From positions 26,972,001 through 27,036,000 of the forward strand of contig NC_087250.1 in NCBI RefSeq assembly GCF_037042905.1: DNA of 64,000 bases, written 5' to 3'. The position numbers were made by a program, and so were the translations under genes. Each line of letters begins with the position of its first letter. Positions within the stretch are counted from its first letter, which is position 1. This stretch comes from Lytechinus pictus. Lineage: Eukaryota. The notes under the pieces are model-generated. The model saw only the letters and a list, made by a program, of their open reading frames with translations, made no database searches and had not been told where the DNA came from. Of this stretch, positions 1 through 12,966 are shown piece by piece.

Positions 1-170
1 ATAGACTCGATGATCCAAGAGTGTGGAACCATGTCGTATATGCTTTCTTGTAGTCAATCCATGCCATTGCGAGGTTCGTTTTTCTTTTCTTGCTGTCTTT
101 CATAATTCCTTTGTCGATGCATAGTTGTTCTTTTGTTCCTCTACTTCCTTAAATTTCTACATCCCTTCTA
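1..170 (-). mobile_element. Reverse-transcriptase fragment of an RLE-type non-LTR retrotransposon (R4/Dong-like), 5'-truncated, runs off the window start
   Basis: Minus strand reads [53 protein letters not shown] (RT motif [13 protein letters not shown]), with two small frameshifting insertions (~151-154 and ~39-40). It begins right after the (TAA)n tail of the adjacent copy. Confidence 0.85.
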
Positions 171-171
171 G

Positions 172-1247
172 TATTATTATTATTATTCCTCTAAACAGGA
201 TCAAGTCCGTATTTTTTTCTTGAATAACTTTGCTCTAACAAAAAGCACCAAGTGATTTCAAGTGCAACTAGGAACTTTACACTACTAATGTCCGAGAGTC
301 TTTCTTATCAATCTGGTTGTACCCAAGATAGCTGCCTTCTGAATGTCGTACATCCGAAGGTGAGGAGAGATCTTGGTTATGCAGGCTTCCATTCCCTTCT
401 TCACCATTCCTGAGTGACTAATGATGACTGGTGTGACCTCTGCTTTCACGTTCCACATCCTCTCGATCTCAATCCTTAGGTCTTGATACTTGAGCCGTTT
501 GTCTCTTTCCTTTACAGCAATGTACATATCATGGGGAACAGAGACCTCAATGATATTTACTACGTTGTTGTCTCTGACGATGATGTCCGGCTTGTTGCAG
601 TTGATGGTTCTATCCGTTAGTATGCCACAGTTCCAATATATGGTGCTGTTATTGATCGTGGTGATCGTTTGTGGCTGATGTTCCCAAGCGTGATCACAAG
701 TCATTTTACCGCGATCCTTCAGTAGTTGCCAATGGATAACTTTGGCAATATTGTCATGTCTTAATTGTGATGTACTCAGTTCCAGCAAGAGTCGAACATG
801 CTGATACCAAATGCATGATTGTTTCGGTCTCTTTTCCACACATCCTGCAAGTGTCGTCTGTGTCTCTTCTGAGGATAGATTTTTCGTAGGCACGGGTCCT
901 CACCACCTGGTCCTGAATAGCATAGACGAACCCTTCAGTTTCACCTCTTAGTCCCGCCGACTTAAGCCATTGATGTGTGTCTTTCTGGTCTACGAACTCC
1001 CGATCGATGCGTCTGTTTTTCATGGTGGCCATGAAGTCGCTTGGATTTAAGTTGCTCTTGAAGTTTCTTGTGAAAGGAGCATTTAAGTCTTGCCTTCTCT
1101 TTTTCACCGTAGGGTAGTGTCAGTCGATGTTGTGCCAATAAGATAGATGCTTGCTTGTTAATGGAGTATATTGCTTGACATTTATCATAATCGAGGGATA
1201 TACTCGTCAGTATATCAGGTGGATTGGATAGGTAGTTGGCGAGGTTT
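172..1247 (-). mobile_element. 5'-truncated RLE non-LTR retrotransposon (R4/Dong-like): C-terminal ORF, 3'UTR and (TAA)n tail; frameshifted
   Basis: Contains KRLHG, AIQDQV, the CCHC knuckle CRMC..ETIMHLVSAC, RHD, KPDII, IIEVS and KxxKYQDL (PD-(D/E)xK endonuclease). Stop at 285-287; frameshifts near 1015 and 762. Flanked by TAA repeats at 172-187 and 1247-1300. Confidence 0.9.
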
Positions 1248-1264
1248 ATTATTATTATTATTTA

Positions 1265-1302
<38 letters not shown>

Positions 1303-3025
1303 AGAATATAAATTTGACTGGGGTTGATGTAAATTTGAAAAGCAAGAAAAAATTGGTTTTAACAAATGGAGAGAATTTGGGTCCAGAAACATTTTGATTT
1401 GAAAAGCAAAATGAAAAAAAAGGTTTTACATCAAAATAGAGAGGAAATTGGTCCCGAGAAATTTGAAAAAAAGGCCGCTGCAATATAATATTCCCTTAAT
1501 TTTATACTGTTCCCCATTTTTACACTTCTTCCAGAACTTGGTGTGCTGCCTATATACACGAAGCAATAGTGAATGATTTTTTTTTTGTAGCACCAGTGCC
1601 ATGCTATTACATCCATTCCTCTAAGCTATTAATTTTCAACATTCAAAAGGAAAATTGTGGCGTTCGTTTACATCCTTTTAGCGATTCAGTCTATTTAATC
1701 GAAACGCATGATCATTTCCCAAGTCTGTCGAATTTCCCCCCGACTCGGAGTTTTGCATGGTATAAAATAGCACATTAATTCGTAGCAACTATATTTGACC
1801 CATTTTACATAAGAACGGGGAAATATAAACGGAAAATTAATCCTTTAAAATAATAAACCTTTTTTTTCAGTCAATCTTTTTTAATAATCACCCCTTTCAC
1901 ATTTCCATAACACACATAATTTGATTTTCTAGGAGAATTTATTTCTGTTGTCTCTAGCTTTTATATACGATGAAACCAAATGACCCCAATTAAGTGCGCA
2001 GAATTGTCTCAAGATGAGATATCAAAGTTATCTTTCCAACAGTGGAACCTCTGTGGACAGTTTACGTGTTGAGCATTATAATGTTCGCCTGCAGGGCGCA
2101 GAATTCCATTTTAATTAAATTCAATTCATTTCAACATTCATCTAATTTGTACTCTTTTCTATTTTAATGACAGCGGAATAAGATCTTAAGCGTAAACATA
2201 AAATCGAAGGCAGGACCCATTTTTTGTTTCTCATGAAAAAAAATTGGCTGAGTATCGAGGAGGGGGGGGGGCAGAGAGGCAGCTGCATGGAGGAAAGAAT
2301 GATGAATCCTCGGACCTCCAAACATTTTTAAGATGAGACGCGTACAATCACGCCATGGTTTCAAAGCAAAAAAGCAAAATTAAACAATTCGTTCTTTTAT
2401 TATAGTTATCAGCCCCCGGGGGGCCACTTACATTGACGAGTGGATACCATGCGCGACCAAAAAAACACAAGGTTTCCACTTTGGCGAGTTAACATCGCGA
2501 GTTATGGCGAGTTATAGCGAGTTGCCAAAATGAGGCACTCGCGATAACTCGCATAAAGCTCACCATGAAACTCGGGATAACTCGCGACAACTCGGCATGG
2601 CTCGGCGGAGCTCGTTCAAGCTCGGGACAACTCTCCTTGAAGTCGTGAGCAGTTTCAAAATTTTTGAACATGTTCAAAAATTTTGCTAACTCGCTGTAAC
2701 TCGTGCTGAACTCACCTAAACTCGTTATATACTCGCAGTACTCGCAATAACTCGTAAGAAGCTCGAGATAAACTCACAATAACTCGTAATAACTCGCCAC
2801 ATCTGAGTATACGCGAGTGCGTTCCGAGTTTTCAAGAGCGAGATACGAGCATTGCGATCGTTTTACGAGTCAAGTGGAGGTGCCCACGAGATTAGCGCGA
2901 CTTTAGATCGAGCACCCCGAATTACAGCGAGTTTCGTATGAGTTTATTCCGAGTGCGTGGCAAGTGCTCAGAGGCATGCCAGCTGAATAATAAATGTCCA
3001 GCGTTCTATATTTTCCCCACATATA

Positions 3026-4131
3026 AACCCCTCAAAAAAAGTTTGGAAATCTGAGTTTGGCCATTAATTTCTCCCAACTCCAAAATTTTCACATTGCATA
3101 TTTGACATCATTTAAAAGGTAATTCAATTCTCTTTACAATGATACCATGCTTGTTATGATCATGCCATCACAAAAAGAGCAGGATTCAAAAGTGTTGGAT
3201 GAAGTCTGAATTGAAAAGCTGCAAAACGAGCAAAAAAGTTTGGACATCTGAGTTTGGCCATTAATTTCTCCCGACACCAAATTTTACACAATGCATATTT
3301 GATATCTTTCAAAAGATAATTTGATTCTCTTTAAAATGGTCCCATGCTTGTTATGATCATGACATCAAAAAAGAGCAAAATTGAAAAGTGTTGGATGAGG
3401 TCTGAAGTAAAAAGCTGCAAAACGAGCAGAAATAATCATGAAGGGTCAATACAGAACATGATTCTTTTGTCTGCGTCAATAAAGATGAAAATCCATTCAA
3501 ATCACACCCCTGCTTTTTCATTTCATAATGTTTTGTTGTGGTTTATGTTTGTTTGTTGTGTTTTTGTCTGTGCAGAGGTGTGTTTGATTCCATTTGAATG
3601 TTGATGTTAAGGCGCATGAAAACAATTGCTGAGAATCTCACTCATCATCATGGAAGAAAAGAACAGTGACTTTCAATATTGTGTCATTTTGCAAATTTTG
3701 AATTTTGACCTTGCCCCACATTTCAAGGCACTGCACCTCCATGTGAGCAAAAATCATATCATGAAAAGTATCATTTTAAGGAAAATTAAATGATCTATTC
3801 ATTGATATTAATTCAAAATTGGTATTTACTAAAACCGAGGCGGGATTACCGATCAAACTCAAAAGAAACCGCCAAAAAAATTCACTCATCACTACGGAAA
3901 AGGGAACTGTGACTTTCAATATTGTGTCACTTTGCAACTTAATTTTGAATTTTGACCTTGCCCCACATTTCAAGGCACTGCACTTCCATGTGAACCATAA
4001 TCATATCAGGTAGGGTATCATTTTAAAGAAAATTAAATTATATATTCATTGATATTAATAACAATTAATATTTACTAAACCGAGGAGGGAGTTTTGATTA
4101 AAGTCGGATTTCCAAACTTTTTTTAGGAGTT
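3026..4131. mobile_element. TA-flanked TIR element (Tc1/mariner-like, non-autonomous) nested in the composite element; mirrored at ~7510-8604
   Basis: TA-AACCCCTCAAAAAAAGTTTGGAAATC ... GATTTCCAAACTTTTTTTAGGAGTT-TA, with internal direct repeats of ~200 and ~240 bp. Confidence 0.7.
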
Positions 4132-4401
4132 TATTTTAAAGTGAGAGCACATTTTAACTGACCCACGCAATGTACACGTACTTTTAAAAAGGCTGTTGCC
4201 ACTGCATTATTACAACTTTCAACAAATAAGGAGAGAAATATGCCTCGATCCAAGTTGTGGCCATTCAGGTAGGGAAACAGCGAAAGAAGATGACATTCAA
4301 CAAGGGTAGAAGAAGTGCAGGAAGAGACAATTGAAACTGAAGAGGAAGTCAATGACGAGCAGAGCCAAGGTAAAAGAACAAGACATCAAACTAGACAAGG
4401 T

Positions 4402-5515
4402 CCAAGTGGAGCGCCTCCTGCAGTCTCACCTGCATCACACTATCCAATATAGTAGCAGTGCTGACTTTGAAAACTACTATAAAATAATTATTCACAAAAA
4501 CACCATTCATACAATGATACAATACTACGTTCATTGACAATAAATGACATTTGACCTTGATCATGTGACCTAAGACTTGTCAGTGATACTTGATTACCCC
4601 TATATCGACATTTTATAAACTGTATCTAAACTTTGAAAGTTATGTCAGCAATATAGTATTAATCTCCAAAATGGCCAAAGTTCAATAACCTTAAATGACC
4701 TTTGACTCTAGTCATGTGACCTGAAACTGGTATGAGATGTTCGGTGATACTTGACTACTCTAATATCCAAGTTGATGAATCATATCCATAAGTTTTCAAA
4801 GTAATGGCAATTCAACAAATACCCCCAACATGGCCAAAGTTCATTGACCTTAAATGACCTTTGACCTTCGTCATGTGACCTGAAACTTGCACAGGATGTT
4901 CAGGAATACTTGATTACTCTTATATCCAAGATTCATGAATCAGATCTATAACTTTCCAAGTTATGATGGTAATTCAGCAGATCACCCGAACATCACTAAA
5001 GGTCATTGACCTTTGACCTTGGACATGTGACCTGATATCCGCACAGGATATTTAGTGATTCCTGATTACTCTTATGTTCAAGTTTCATGAATCAGATTCA
5101 TAAACTTTCAAAGTTATAATGTTAATTTAACAAATACCCCCAATTGGCCAAAGTCCATTGACCCTAATTGACCTTTGACCTTAGTCATGTGACTAGAAAC
5201 TCAAGCAGGATGTTTATATACTTTAATAACCTTATGTCCACGTTTCATGAACTAGGTTCATATGATGACATTTCAAAAACTTAACCGTAGGTTAAGATTT
5301 TGATGTTGATTCCCTAAACATGGTCTAAGTTCATTGACCATAAATGACCTCTGACCTTGGTCTTGTGACCTGAAACTCGAGAAGGATGTTTAGTAATGCT
5401 TGATAAACCTTATGGTCAAGTTTCATGAACTAGGTCCATATACTTTCTAAGTTATGATGCCATTTCAAAAACTTAACCTTCGGTTAAGATTTGGTGTTGA
5501 CGCCGCCGCCGCCGG
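4402..5515 (+). repeat. Interspersed repeat with internal GACCTTTGACC tandem units (Helentron/HINE-like, class inferred); mirrored at ~6115-7225
   Basis: Starts CAAGTGGAGCGCCTC..CAGTCTC, then ~8 units of ~150 bp containing TTGACCTTTGACC..CATGTGACCTGAAAC, and ends in GCC repeats. Homologous to 55444-55915. Confidence 0.65.
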
Positions 5516-5780
5516 CATCCATCTTTGAGTGCCAAAAATGTGCATATCCCGCCCCTTGGTCGTATGAAACTCTTATCACTCGTAACAAAATCTTTATAAC
5601 TCGTTCATAGCTCGCTTTAAGTCGTATAAAGGTCACCGCAACTCATACTAAGCTCGGCCTGACTCGTTTCGCGCTCGGTTCACTCGTACAGCGAGCGTAG
5701 TGAACTCGATGTTGAGTCGTTTGTCACTCAAGCAAATTCCAGGAAAAAATGTAAATTTCACGCGAGCTTGTGCGAGCTAA

Positions 5781-8700
5781 AGCAAGGTTTCCACTTTGGC
5801 GAGTTGGAGTTGCGAGTCATACGCGAGCTGCGCGAGCTCTAACTCGCCTTAGCTCGCACAAGCTCGCGTGAAATTTACATTTTTCCCTGGAATTTGCTTG
5901 AGTGACAAACGACTCAACATCGAGTTCACTACGCTCGTTGTACGAGTGAACCGAGCGCGAAACGAGTCAGGCCGAGCTTAGTATGAGTTGCGGTGACCTT
6001 TATACGACTTAAAGCGAGCTATGAACGAGTTATAAAGATTTTGTTACGAGTGATAAGAGTTTCATACGACCTAGGGGTGGGAAATGCACATTTTTGGCAC
6101 TCAAAGATGGATGCCGGCGGAGGGGGCGTCAACACCAAATCTTAACCGAAGGTTAAGTTTTTGAAATGGCATCATAACTGAGAAAGTATTTGGACCTAGT
6201 TCATGAAACTTGACCATAAGGTTTATCAAGCATTACAAAATATTCTTTTCGAGTTTCAGGTCACAAGACCAAGGTCAGAGGTCATTTATGGTCAATGAAC
6301 GTAGACCATGTTTAGGGAATCAACATCAAAGTCTTAACCTACGGTTAAGTTTTTGAAATGTCATCATAACTTAGAAAATATATGAACCTAGTTCATGAAA
6401 CGTGGACATAAGGTTATTAAAGTATATAAACATCCTGCTTGAGTTTCAAGTCACATGACTAAGGTCAATTAGGGTCAATGGACTTTGGCCAATTGGGGTA
6501 TTTGTTAAATTAACATTATAACTTTGAAAGTTTATGAATCTGATTCATGAAACTTGAACATAAGAGTAATCAGGTATCACTAAACATCCTGTGCGGATAT
6601 CAGGTCACATGTCCAAGGTCAAAGGTCAATGAACTTTAGTGATGTTCGGGTGATCTGTTGAATTACCATCATAACTTTAAAAGTTTATAGATCTGATTCA
6701 TGAATCTTAGATATAAGAGTAATCAAGTATTCCTGAACATCCTGTGCGAGTTTCAGGTCACATGACGAAGGTCAAAGGTCATTTATGGTCAATAAACTTT
6801 GGCCATGTTGGGGGTATTTGTTGAATTACCATCATAACTTTGAAAGCTTATGGATATGATTCATCAACTTGGATATTAGAGTAGTCAAGTATCACCGAAC
6901 ATTTCATGTCAGTTTCAGGTCACATGACCAAAGTCAAAGGTCATTTAAGGTTATTGAACTTTGGCCATTTTGGAGATTAATACTATATTACTGTCATAAC
7001 TTTCAAAGTTTAGATACAGTTTATAAAATGTGGATATAGGGGTAATCTAGTATCACTGACAAGTCTTAGGTCAAATGATAAAGGTCAAATGTCATTTATT
7101 GTAAATGAACGTAGTATTGTATCAATGTATGAATGGTGTTTTTGTGAATAATTATTTTACAATAGTTTTCAGAGTCAGCACTACTTCTATATTGGATAGC
7201 GTGATGCAGAGGCGCTCCACTTGGACCTTAATTGTCCAGTTTGATGTCTTGTTTTTTTACCTTGGCTCTGCTCGTCATTGACCTCCTCTTCCGTTTCAAT
7301 TGTCTCTTCCTGCACTTCTTCTACCCTTGTTTGAATGTCATCTTCTTTCGCTGTTTCCCTATCTGAATGGCCACAACTCTTGGATCTTTTGGATCGAGGC
7401 ATATTTCTCTCCTTATTTGTTGAAAGTTGTAATAATGCAGTGGAAACAGCCTTTTTAAAAGTACGTGTACATTGCGTGGGTCAGTTAAAATGTCCTCTCA
7501 CTTTAAAATAACTCCTCAAAAAAAGTTTGGAAATCCGACTTTAATCAAAACTCCCTCCTCAGTTTTAGTAAATATCAATTGTTATTAATATCAATGAATA
7601 GATCATTTAAGTGTCTTTAAATGATACCCTACATGATATGATTATGGTTCACATGGAGGTGCAGTGCCTTGAAATGTAGGGCAAGGTCAAAAATCAAAAT
7701 TAAGTTGCAAAGAGACACAGTATTGAAAGTCACTGTTCCTTTGATGAGTGAGTATTTTAAGCGGTTTCTTTTGAGTTTGATCGGTAATCCCGCCTCGGTT
7801 TTAGTAAATATCAAGTTGAATTAATATCAATGAATAGATCATTTAAGTGTCTTTAAATGATACCCTACATGATATGATTATGGCTCACATGGAGGTGCAG
7901 TGCCTTGAAATGCGGGGCAAGGTCAAAATTCAAAATTTGCAAAATGACACAATATTGAAAGTCACTGTTCTTTTCTTCCATGATGATGAGTGAGATTCTC
8001 AGCAATTGTTTTCATGCACCTTAATATCAACATTCAAATGGAATCAAACACACCTCTGCACAAGCAAACACACAACAAACAAACATAAACCACAACAAAA
8101 CATTATGAAATGAAAAAGCAGGGGTTTGATTTGAATGGATTTTCATCTTTATTGACACAGACAAAAACATCATGTTCTGTATTGACCCTTCATGATTACT
8201 TATGCTCGTTTTGCAGCTTTTTACTTGAGACCTCATCCAACACTTATTAATTTTGTTCTTTTTTGATGTCATGATCATAACAAGCATGGGATCATTTAAA
8301 AGAGAATCAAATGATCTTTTGAAAGATATCAAATATGCATTGTGTAAAATTCGGAGTCGGGATAAATTAATGGCCAAACTCAGATTTCCAAACTTTTTTG
8401 CTCGTTTTGCAGCTTTTCAATTCAGACTTTATCCAACACTTTTGAATCCTGCTCTTTTCGTGATGGCATGATCATAACAAGCATGGTATCATTGTAAAGA
8501 AAATTGAATGACCTTTTAAATGATGTCAAATATGCAATGTGTAAATTTTGGAGTTGGGAGAAATTAATGGCCAAACTCAGATTTCAAACTTTTTTTGAGG
8601 GGTTTATATGTGGGGAAAATATAGATCACTGGACATTTATCATTCAGCTGGCATGCCTCTGAGCTATTGCAACGCACTCGGAATAAACTCATACGAAACT

Positions 8701-9165
8701 CGCTGTAACTCGGGGTGCTCGATCTAAAGTCGCGCTAATCTCGTGGGCACCTCCATTTGACTCGTAAAACGATCGCAATGCTCGTATATCGCTCTTGAAA
8801 ACTCGGAACGCACTCGCGTATACTCAGATGTGGCGAGTTATTACGAGTTATTGTGAGTTTATCTCGAGCTTCTTACGAGTTATTGCGAGTGCTGCGAGTA
8901 TATAACGAGTTTAGGTGAGTTCAGCACGAGTTACAGCGAGTTAGCAAAATTTTTGAACATGTTCAAAAATTTTGAAACAGCTCACGACTTCAAGGAGAGT
9001 TGTCCCGAGCTTGAACGAGCTCCGCCGAGCTCTGCCGAGTTGTCGCGAGTTATCCCGAGTTTCATGGTGAGCTTTATGCGAGTTATCGCGAGTGCCTCAT
9101 TTTGGCAACTCGCTATAACTCGCCATAACTCGCGATGTTAACTCGCCAAAGTGGAAACCTTGCTT
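5781..9165. mobile_element. Second, inverted copy (B) of the same composite TIR element, inserted in the right end of copy A
   Basis: Starts AGCAAGGTTTCCACTTTGGCGAGTT and ends AACTCGCCAAAGTGGAAACCTTGCTT. The target GAGC-TAA-GGCGAG is duplicated (TAA at 5778-5780 and 9166-9168; a TA-TSD reading is also possible). It mirrors 2468-5780. Confidence 0.85.
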
Positions 9166-11762
9166 TAAGGCGAGTTAGAGCTCGCGCAGCTCGCGTATGA
9201 CTCGCAACTCCAACTCGCCAAAGTGGAAACCTTGCTTAAAGGATGTCGTTTTCGAGATAGGGCACGTTACGTAACGTACGTAACGTGATAAGGGTGTCAA
9301 AAACACAAAAATAATGAAAAAAGGGTGTCTATTTCGCTAGAAAAATTACGTGTTTAGGGTCGACTTTGCGGGAATGATAAAACAAAATTACAATGTTTTA
9401 TAAAGTATGTCCATTTTGCCCCAACACTTCGTGTTTAGAGTCCGATTTGCGCGAGGTGTAGAAGCTTGGGGTCGTACTAAACCAAATAAGGTAAAGCCGA
9501 CGACCGAAGGACCCTTAAAGTATACACCCGAAGAATCAAAGGTATTTTATAATGACTTTATGTGGTCATCATTGTAAAGGGGAAGTATTACTAATCAGAT
9601 ATATAACTTCACTTTTCAAAATAGTGATCAGAGTTTGCAGAAATCAGCTCTCAAAAATGATTTATTTTCATGCAAATATTTCTGCCTTCCACCGGTCCTC
9701 TTGCGAGCTCCAGCTGAGTGACGTCACACAATGAGCAGTGAGCAGCTGAGCTGACAGCAGCCCATTGGAGACGATCTTTCCAATCAGCGTTTTTTGCTCT
9801 TAGAATTGTTTATTCCTCTTAAGATTGGTCTTGTTATATAGATAAAAGTTTGAATTTACTGAACAGTGAAAAAAAGTGCACATTTAACGAATTTTGGTAA
9901 CCGATATTTAGCTTACAATTTTTTTTTTCAAGAAATATATGTGAATAAACAAAGCATATTTTCACGTAGAAATCACACTTGCGTCACATTAATATTATAA
10001 TCAATATAAAGCATAGACATTCTTCTTTATGACTGAACAAAAATTATGAAATTTCATTAAGTAGCAAAGTCAGGAATCACAAAAAACACGGCAATATCCA
10101 TCGCGAAATGACTGAAATTGCAGTTGAATTGCCGAAGCATTATTAGGCAACAGCGGCGAGCGGACTTTATTTCATATATCTTAAAAATGCCTATTCAATA
10201 GGGCAATGGTCTGTGGCCAAATGCGTTTTTGTAGGACCCTGGTTCGAAACTCGGAATTTTTTTTCTGGGTATTTTTTTTATTCCTTCCCCGTCCCTACCC
10301 ATCTTTTTTTCTCTTTTTATTTTCTTGTGAAATTCTATTCAGACCTGTATTTATCAAATCTTGCTTCTTAATTGCTGCTTTTGATTTTCAAGTTCTTGAT
10401 TAGATTATTTCTACTCTATTTAGGATGGGAGGGGTAGAGTTAAAAGTCAAGTCCACATCAACTAAAAGTTATTTGAATAGAGTAATTTCCCTTGTTGTTT
10501 TTACTCAAAACGGTCATATACACAAAACAATGATATGCAAATTAGAGTTGTCACTCGCATCACATTCGTTTCTATTTTTTGTGGCATTTTGTTTTTTATT
10601 CTTTGCAGATTTGACGATAGGAAACTCTTCATCTGATCACAATAGGTTATATTTACGGAACTGTTAACATAGTAATTATATAAATTTGAATCAAAGTTTT
10701 TATGAAATTTCCTGCAATATCTTGTTATTTTTCTTTAAATTCAAATGAATTTTTGATTGCGTGGACTTCTCCTTTACTCTTAATGTAGGGAATGCATAGC
10801 AAAATTTATCCAGAAACAAAATTGTCTTAGAATATGCAAATCAGTAATTGGACACATGTTCACTTTTCTTTCATCCAGGCCACTTCCTCACATCCACCAG
10901 GCTTTCAGTCTTATAACAAAAATGATGAACCATCACACAACAGCACACAACATTCACAGTGCTTCACAATAAATATTTCACTTCTGTTCATACATGCAAT
11001 AAATATTGTGGAAAACAAATAAAAGGCGTACCCATATTCAAATACCGTTTAAAAGGACAAATATATTATACCTTTCGAGAAAAATCAGCACGTTGAATAT
11101 CTGATAACAAAACATAATTATGGGGCACTGCAAGAAACTTATGTTCAATTGCAAATCAAGCGTAAGTCTTAAATTCAAATTCAAGCGTAATAAGGTCGAG
11201 TTGCAATCGCAATTCAACTACATGTTTAATCAAAGGACTTACCCTTGATTTGGGACGTGTGATTGAGTATAACATTTCTCGCAAAATGCCCTAGTAACAT
11301 TAAAATTGTTCTTTCGTTTTAAATTGTGTGTCATTATTTTTGACAAGCTGTATTCCTGTCCAAGTCAAATTTCTTAGTTCTCTCCAAAACTGTGCTCAAA
11401 ATTGTTTCCAAGATTGATAAAGAAAAAAATTCTTTTGTATCATTATCAGTCCACAACTTGCAAACCGTAGGTCCTGGAAAGAGTGAAGAAAAAATGGCTA
11501 TATCCAAATCATAGTAAAAGGACATGATGGAATCTCCCAGATTGAGGTAGCAAGCAGAGACCAGAAGTCACCAGAGTCATCAAGTGTGCAGATTTGTGTA
11601 CGTGTAGAAGAGAGAAAAAAGAAATAGTTTAAATAATCAAATCAAAGTATGAATTTAATTATCGTGATGATTGATGACGTGCGGTGGCATGTAATTCCCG
11701 GTCAACAACAAATGATAGTAGGTTTAGACACCTGAAAAGTTCCACTCAGAACACTGGTGCTC

Positions 11763-11915
11763 TACCTCAAGTGATGTTTGTGTAGGCCCCACTCCACTTC
11801 ACTACCGCTACACTACCGTATATGTACGCCACACCTACCCGGGTATATAGGTGTGTAGCGTAGTGTAGGCTGTAGCAGTAGTGAAGTGGAGACTACACGA
11901 ACATCACTTGAGGTA
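11763..11915. mobile_element. Palindromic MITE, 153 bp
   Basis: TACCTCAAGTGATGTT...AACATCACTTGAGGTA, a near-complete fold-back. Flanked by TGGTGCTC / CGGTGCTC (8-bp TSD, 1 mismatch). Confidence 0.75.
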
Positions 11916-12698
11916 CGGTGCTCTCTGAGTCTCTGTGTCATTACAAAGATTGCATTTATCTTCATTGTTGAAGGCATTACGCATACATATATGCAGCAAC
12001 ACTCTAATCAGAAAGAAACACCAGACTCTAATTTTGGCCCACCCAAGGGCTCATTACATGCCGCCGCGCACAGAAAATTCAAGCCATAGAAGTCGTGTGT
12101 TGTGGACCCAAGAAGTGAGATCCCAGCACGCGCGACCCACTAGTTAGAAATCCACTGCCAAACGCGGTTCGTGGTGCGAGGTTAGTATACTAATACTAAC
12201 CTCGCAATACGTGTGAGTGATTTTGGCCAGGAATCAGGGTAATCACTGCTGAAAATTTGTCTGGCTTCATGACATCGGCATCATGGTGATATAATTATGT
12301 GTATAATAAAAACTTAAACATTCCTCTGAAACAGCAGATTTTCAGCCATGGTCCATACCAGTGCTCCTAAATGATTTAATCGCCTGCCTGAGTCCTGACC
12401 AGTTTTAGAAATCTGAAGAAAAAATCTGCTGGAATTGTGCAAAAACATTATTTCTAAAATAAAGACTTTTTAATAGTAGCTATGCCAAAATGCATGATTC
12501 TAAACTTATATCAGATCTGTATCTGTCATCTGACCTGAATGCATCGTCAGAACAAGTACAGTTTCCAAACATGCTTACCTTGACTTTTGACTGGATCAAA
12601 CAGCGTAACCTGCAACATGCATCGGCAGCAAGTGAATGGGACCGTGCAGCTTGGAGTTTTTCAATAGTTAGTAGAGCAACACAACGAAGACTGTCGAG

Positions 12699-12966
12699 CA
12701 GAAGCGGATCTAGAGGGGGGGTTGGGGGGTTGCAACCCCCCCAAAAAAAAAATCCGGGGACCATTTTTTTAAATCTTTTTTTTTTTTTTAAACTTGTAAT
12801 TTTATTTTCACACACAGATTTTCAAAAATTTTCCCTACTGTGGGAGGGGGGACACCCCCTCCCACACCCTCCCCCCTCGCTCGCTCCGCTCGCTTGGACT
12901 CGGTCGCTACGCTCCCTCGCATACCACCCCAACCCCCCCCTTTATAAAAAGCTGGATCCGCCCCTG
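12699..12966. mobile_element. MITE of the CAG(G/A)GCGGATC..GGATCCGCCCCTG family
   Basis: Inverted termini, flanking direct repeat TCGAG on both sides, G/C homopolymer runs. Confidence 0.65.

Larger units (their letters stand above)
2468..9236. mobile_element. Non-autonomous TIR element copy A (PIF/Harbinger-like), interrupted by copy B
   Basis: TIR (AG)CAAGGTTTCCACTTTGGCGAGTT at 2468 and inverted, ending at 9236, followed by TAA. Subterminal regions are rich in ACTCG/CGAGT. The body is 2468-5780 plus 9169-9236. Confidence 0.8.

Noticed and set aside
3344..8471. Paired similar short ORFs on opposite strands (e.g. 3344-3604 and 8027-8377)
   Set aside because: A consequence of the inverted duplication of non-coding TE sequence; no transposase motifs.
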